This document shows positions 61,948 through 64,000 of a stretch of DNA of 64,000 nucleotides, in pieces. The stretch is from Chara braunii (Eukaryota; Plantae; Charophyceae). The position numbers were made by a program, and so were the translations under genes. The notes beneath the pieces are model-generated. The model searched no databases. It was given only the letters and a program-made list of their open reading frames with translations, and was not told the DNA's origin. Each line of letters begins with the position of its first letter. Within the stretch, counting starts at the first letter, position 1. The stretch spans positions 641,219-705,218 of the forward strand of contig BFEA01000012.1 in NCBI GenBank assembly GCA_003427395.1. Reading direction: 5' to 3'.

Positions 61948-63823
61948 AGCTGCCACGCCCTTCCCGCAATTCGGCGAAGTGATCCGTGCAGCTGCAGGAA
62001 TGCGATGGATCTGGAGGAGAGAGCTGAAGCGGGATATCCCCCTCCCCCTCCCCCCCTCCCCCCTTCCCCCCCTTCCTTCGGTCCCCTTCCCCCCCCTCCC
62101 TCTCCATCCCCCGGTCTTCCCTGCCCCCTTGAAACCATACGACTGTTTGATAGCAGAGGTGTGAGGTGGGCGATGAAATCTGTAATTGTTTTTGTTGATA
62201 TAAAAACTGATCGTACTTTTTTTCGACCCTCTGGAATATTGCTTTCATGAAAGTGCTCGGTTCTTAATGACTGTATTCTCCTTCTCTTCTATTATCTCCC
62301 CTCCCTCCCCTGCAATGTCTATTTCCTTTTCTTTTTCTTTTTCTTTTTCTTTTTTCTTTTTTCTTTTTTTCTTTTTTCTTTTTCTCTCTCCCGCTCTTTC
62401 TTGTTCTTTCCCCCATTCCTATCCTATTAAAAGCCTTCCCACTTCTCTCCATTTGTTGTTTTTCGCATGGCATCCTGTTGATTGGATAAGAAAAGTAATG
62501 TATTATCGTATCCGAGTTTTGCCATGTGTGGATGTCATCAATGGGTGTTCTGCCTTCGGTTCCTCAAATTGTCGTCCTTTCGTTTTATTTTTATTTTCCC
62601 CCCCCTCTCTCCTGAATGGATGGTTCGTTCGTTGCCCCCTTGCAATGCGAAGCACCCCTACCCCCCTTCACTTTGATTCGCCACTAGCGCAGGTTTGGCC
62701 GACTTCACCCGATAAACGGCCCCGTGGCTACCCTCACCACAAGATGGACATACCAAGTGGTTTTACCTCGCCGCGTTGGAATATCGCCTCCCGCGTCTTG
62801 CTTTTTGCTCACGGTGTGCCGACGCTTTTTAGTCGGAGTAGCACGATCATGACGTGTCGTGCTCGTGCGAAGCGCATGTGGCACACGCATGCTACACACA
62901 CCACACACACTCTGGTTCTCAGAAATGTGGGCAAGCACAAGGAACACGTGTGACCTGGATATTAGCAAGTAGTCGGACCGGATGCATACACTCAGACAAT
63001 GAGAATCCAGCAAACATGCAGAGCAGCGGCAAGAACTCAGGAAAGCTCAGGTTTCAATTTTGCAGGTTGTTACATACGCCATCCTTACGAACGGCCCATT
63101 CTTTTTTTTTGTTTTTAATAATAAACTAAGCTATATTATTCTCTCAATTATACCTCATGCTACCTACTTACCTATATGTCTTAGAGCCAGCCTCCACCCA
63201 TGTCTAGGCACTGCAGGGGAACCTTACTCCACTAGGGTTGGGCCTAACCCCCGGCGAGGGATGGAAGGGACGCGCCCCCCTACCAAGAGTCCAAGACCAC
63301 TCTGTACAGCCAAAATCACTTCTTTCTCAGTTTGTTTTTTCATGTTCAAACTTCAAAAATCCGTTCAGCAATGGTAGTGAGTCTAGTGACCGACAAAAAG
63401 AAAGAGAAATTCAGTATGCCACATCGATACGTACACAACGATGATGATAAAATGAAGAGATCGATGTTTACCAGCGCGAAGTCGTCACTTTCGCCTCTCT
63501 TGCGCGATTCCAATGATGGCATTAAATGATTGGTCGCCATTTCCCATTTTGTCCAATGCCTTGCTGCCTCCAGCTGTCAGAAACAATCCACAACAATCAA
63601 CTTAGTCAGTTGAACATACGGAGTCCAAGCCATCATTCTGCCCCACTGTTTTTTTCTTTTTCTTTTTTTTTTTAAACAAGAAAGTTCTGCGCCATTTTCA
63701 CTTGTCATATCAGCACCTGACAGTTTGTTCCAAACAAAAAGCAATTTTTCAATTTTCCAATTTTTCTTTTCTTCTCTTTTTTTCTCCTTCTTCAGAAAGA
63801 ATCAGAAAAGTAAAGGGAAAGCT

Positions 63824-63960
63824 CATGGTAACCGCGGACCCAGACACCGGACACGTCCGGACTGTCTTCCGGACTAGTGTCTGGACCCGTCCGAACTGTC
63901 CGGTGATCCGGACACCACCGGACATCACCGGTCCCCGACTGTCCTGACTGGTGTCAGTGG
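63824..63960 (+). mobile_element. Probable left end of a hAT-like TIR element (continues beyond the window)
   Basis: catggtaaccgcggac followed by clustered ccggac repeats in both orientations, resembling the subterminal region of the 32241-33495 element. Confidence 0.4.
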
Positions 63961-64000
63961 GTACAAAATGTCATGGACCAAAAAAAAAAAAAAAAAAAAA

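Overview
Repeat-dense eukaryotic genomic DNA with many microsatellites and N-gaps. The tRNA-iMet primer-binding site (PBS), plant L1-type ORF1 motifs and TTTAGGG motifs suggest a green plant or streptophyte alga (inference). No host gene could be firmly identified. Main contents: four decayed L1/Tx1-like LINEs (about 60-2400 minus; about 6130-26354 plus; about 29233-35460 plus with internal tandem amplification; about 52509-58770 plus, nearly intact), and a 12-kb Ty3/Gypsy LTR retrotransposon (8852-20880, minus, 4-bp TSD AGCG) nested in one LINE ORF1. There are also non-autonomous TIR elements, tRNA-derived SINEs and a Nextera adapter artefact. Most notable: (1) the Gypsy element has permuted ends. 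It lacks a polypurine tract, has a circle-junction-like palindrome (CA-GA-TG) in front of the 3' LTR, and its terminal 9 nt are missing from the 5' LTR, which fits integration through a circular intermediate. It also carries extra ORFs after pol. (2) A minimal type I hammerhead ribozyme lies at 61900-61947. (3) A predicted tandem-pseudoknot RNA motif is conserved at the 3' ends of several divergent LINE/SINE-like tails.
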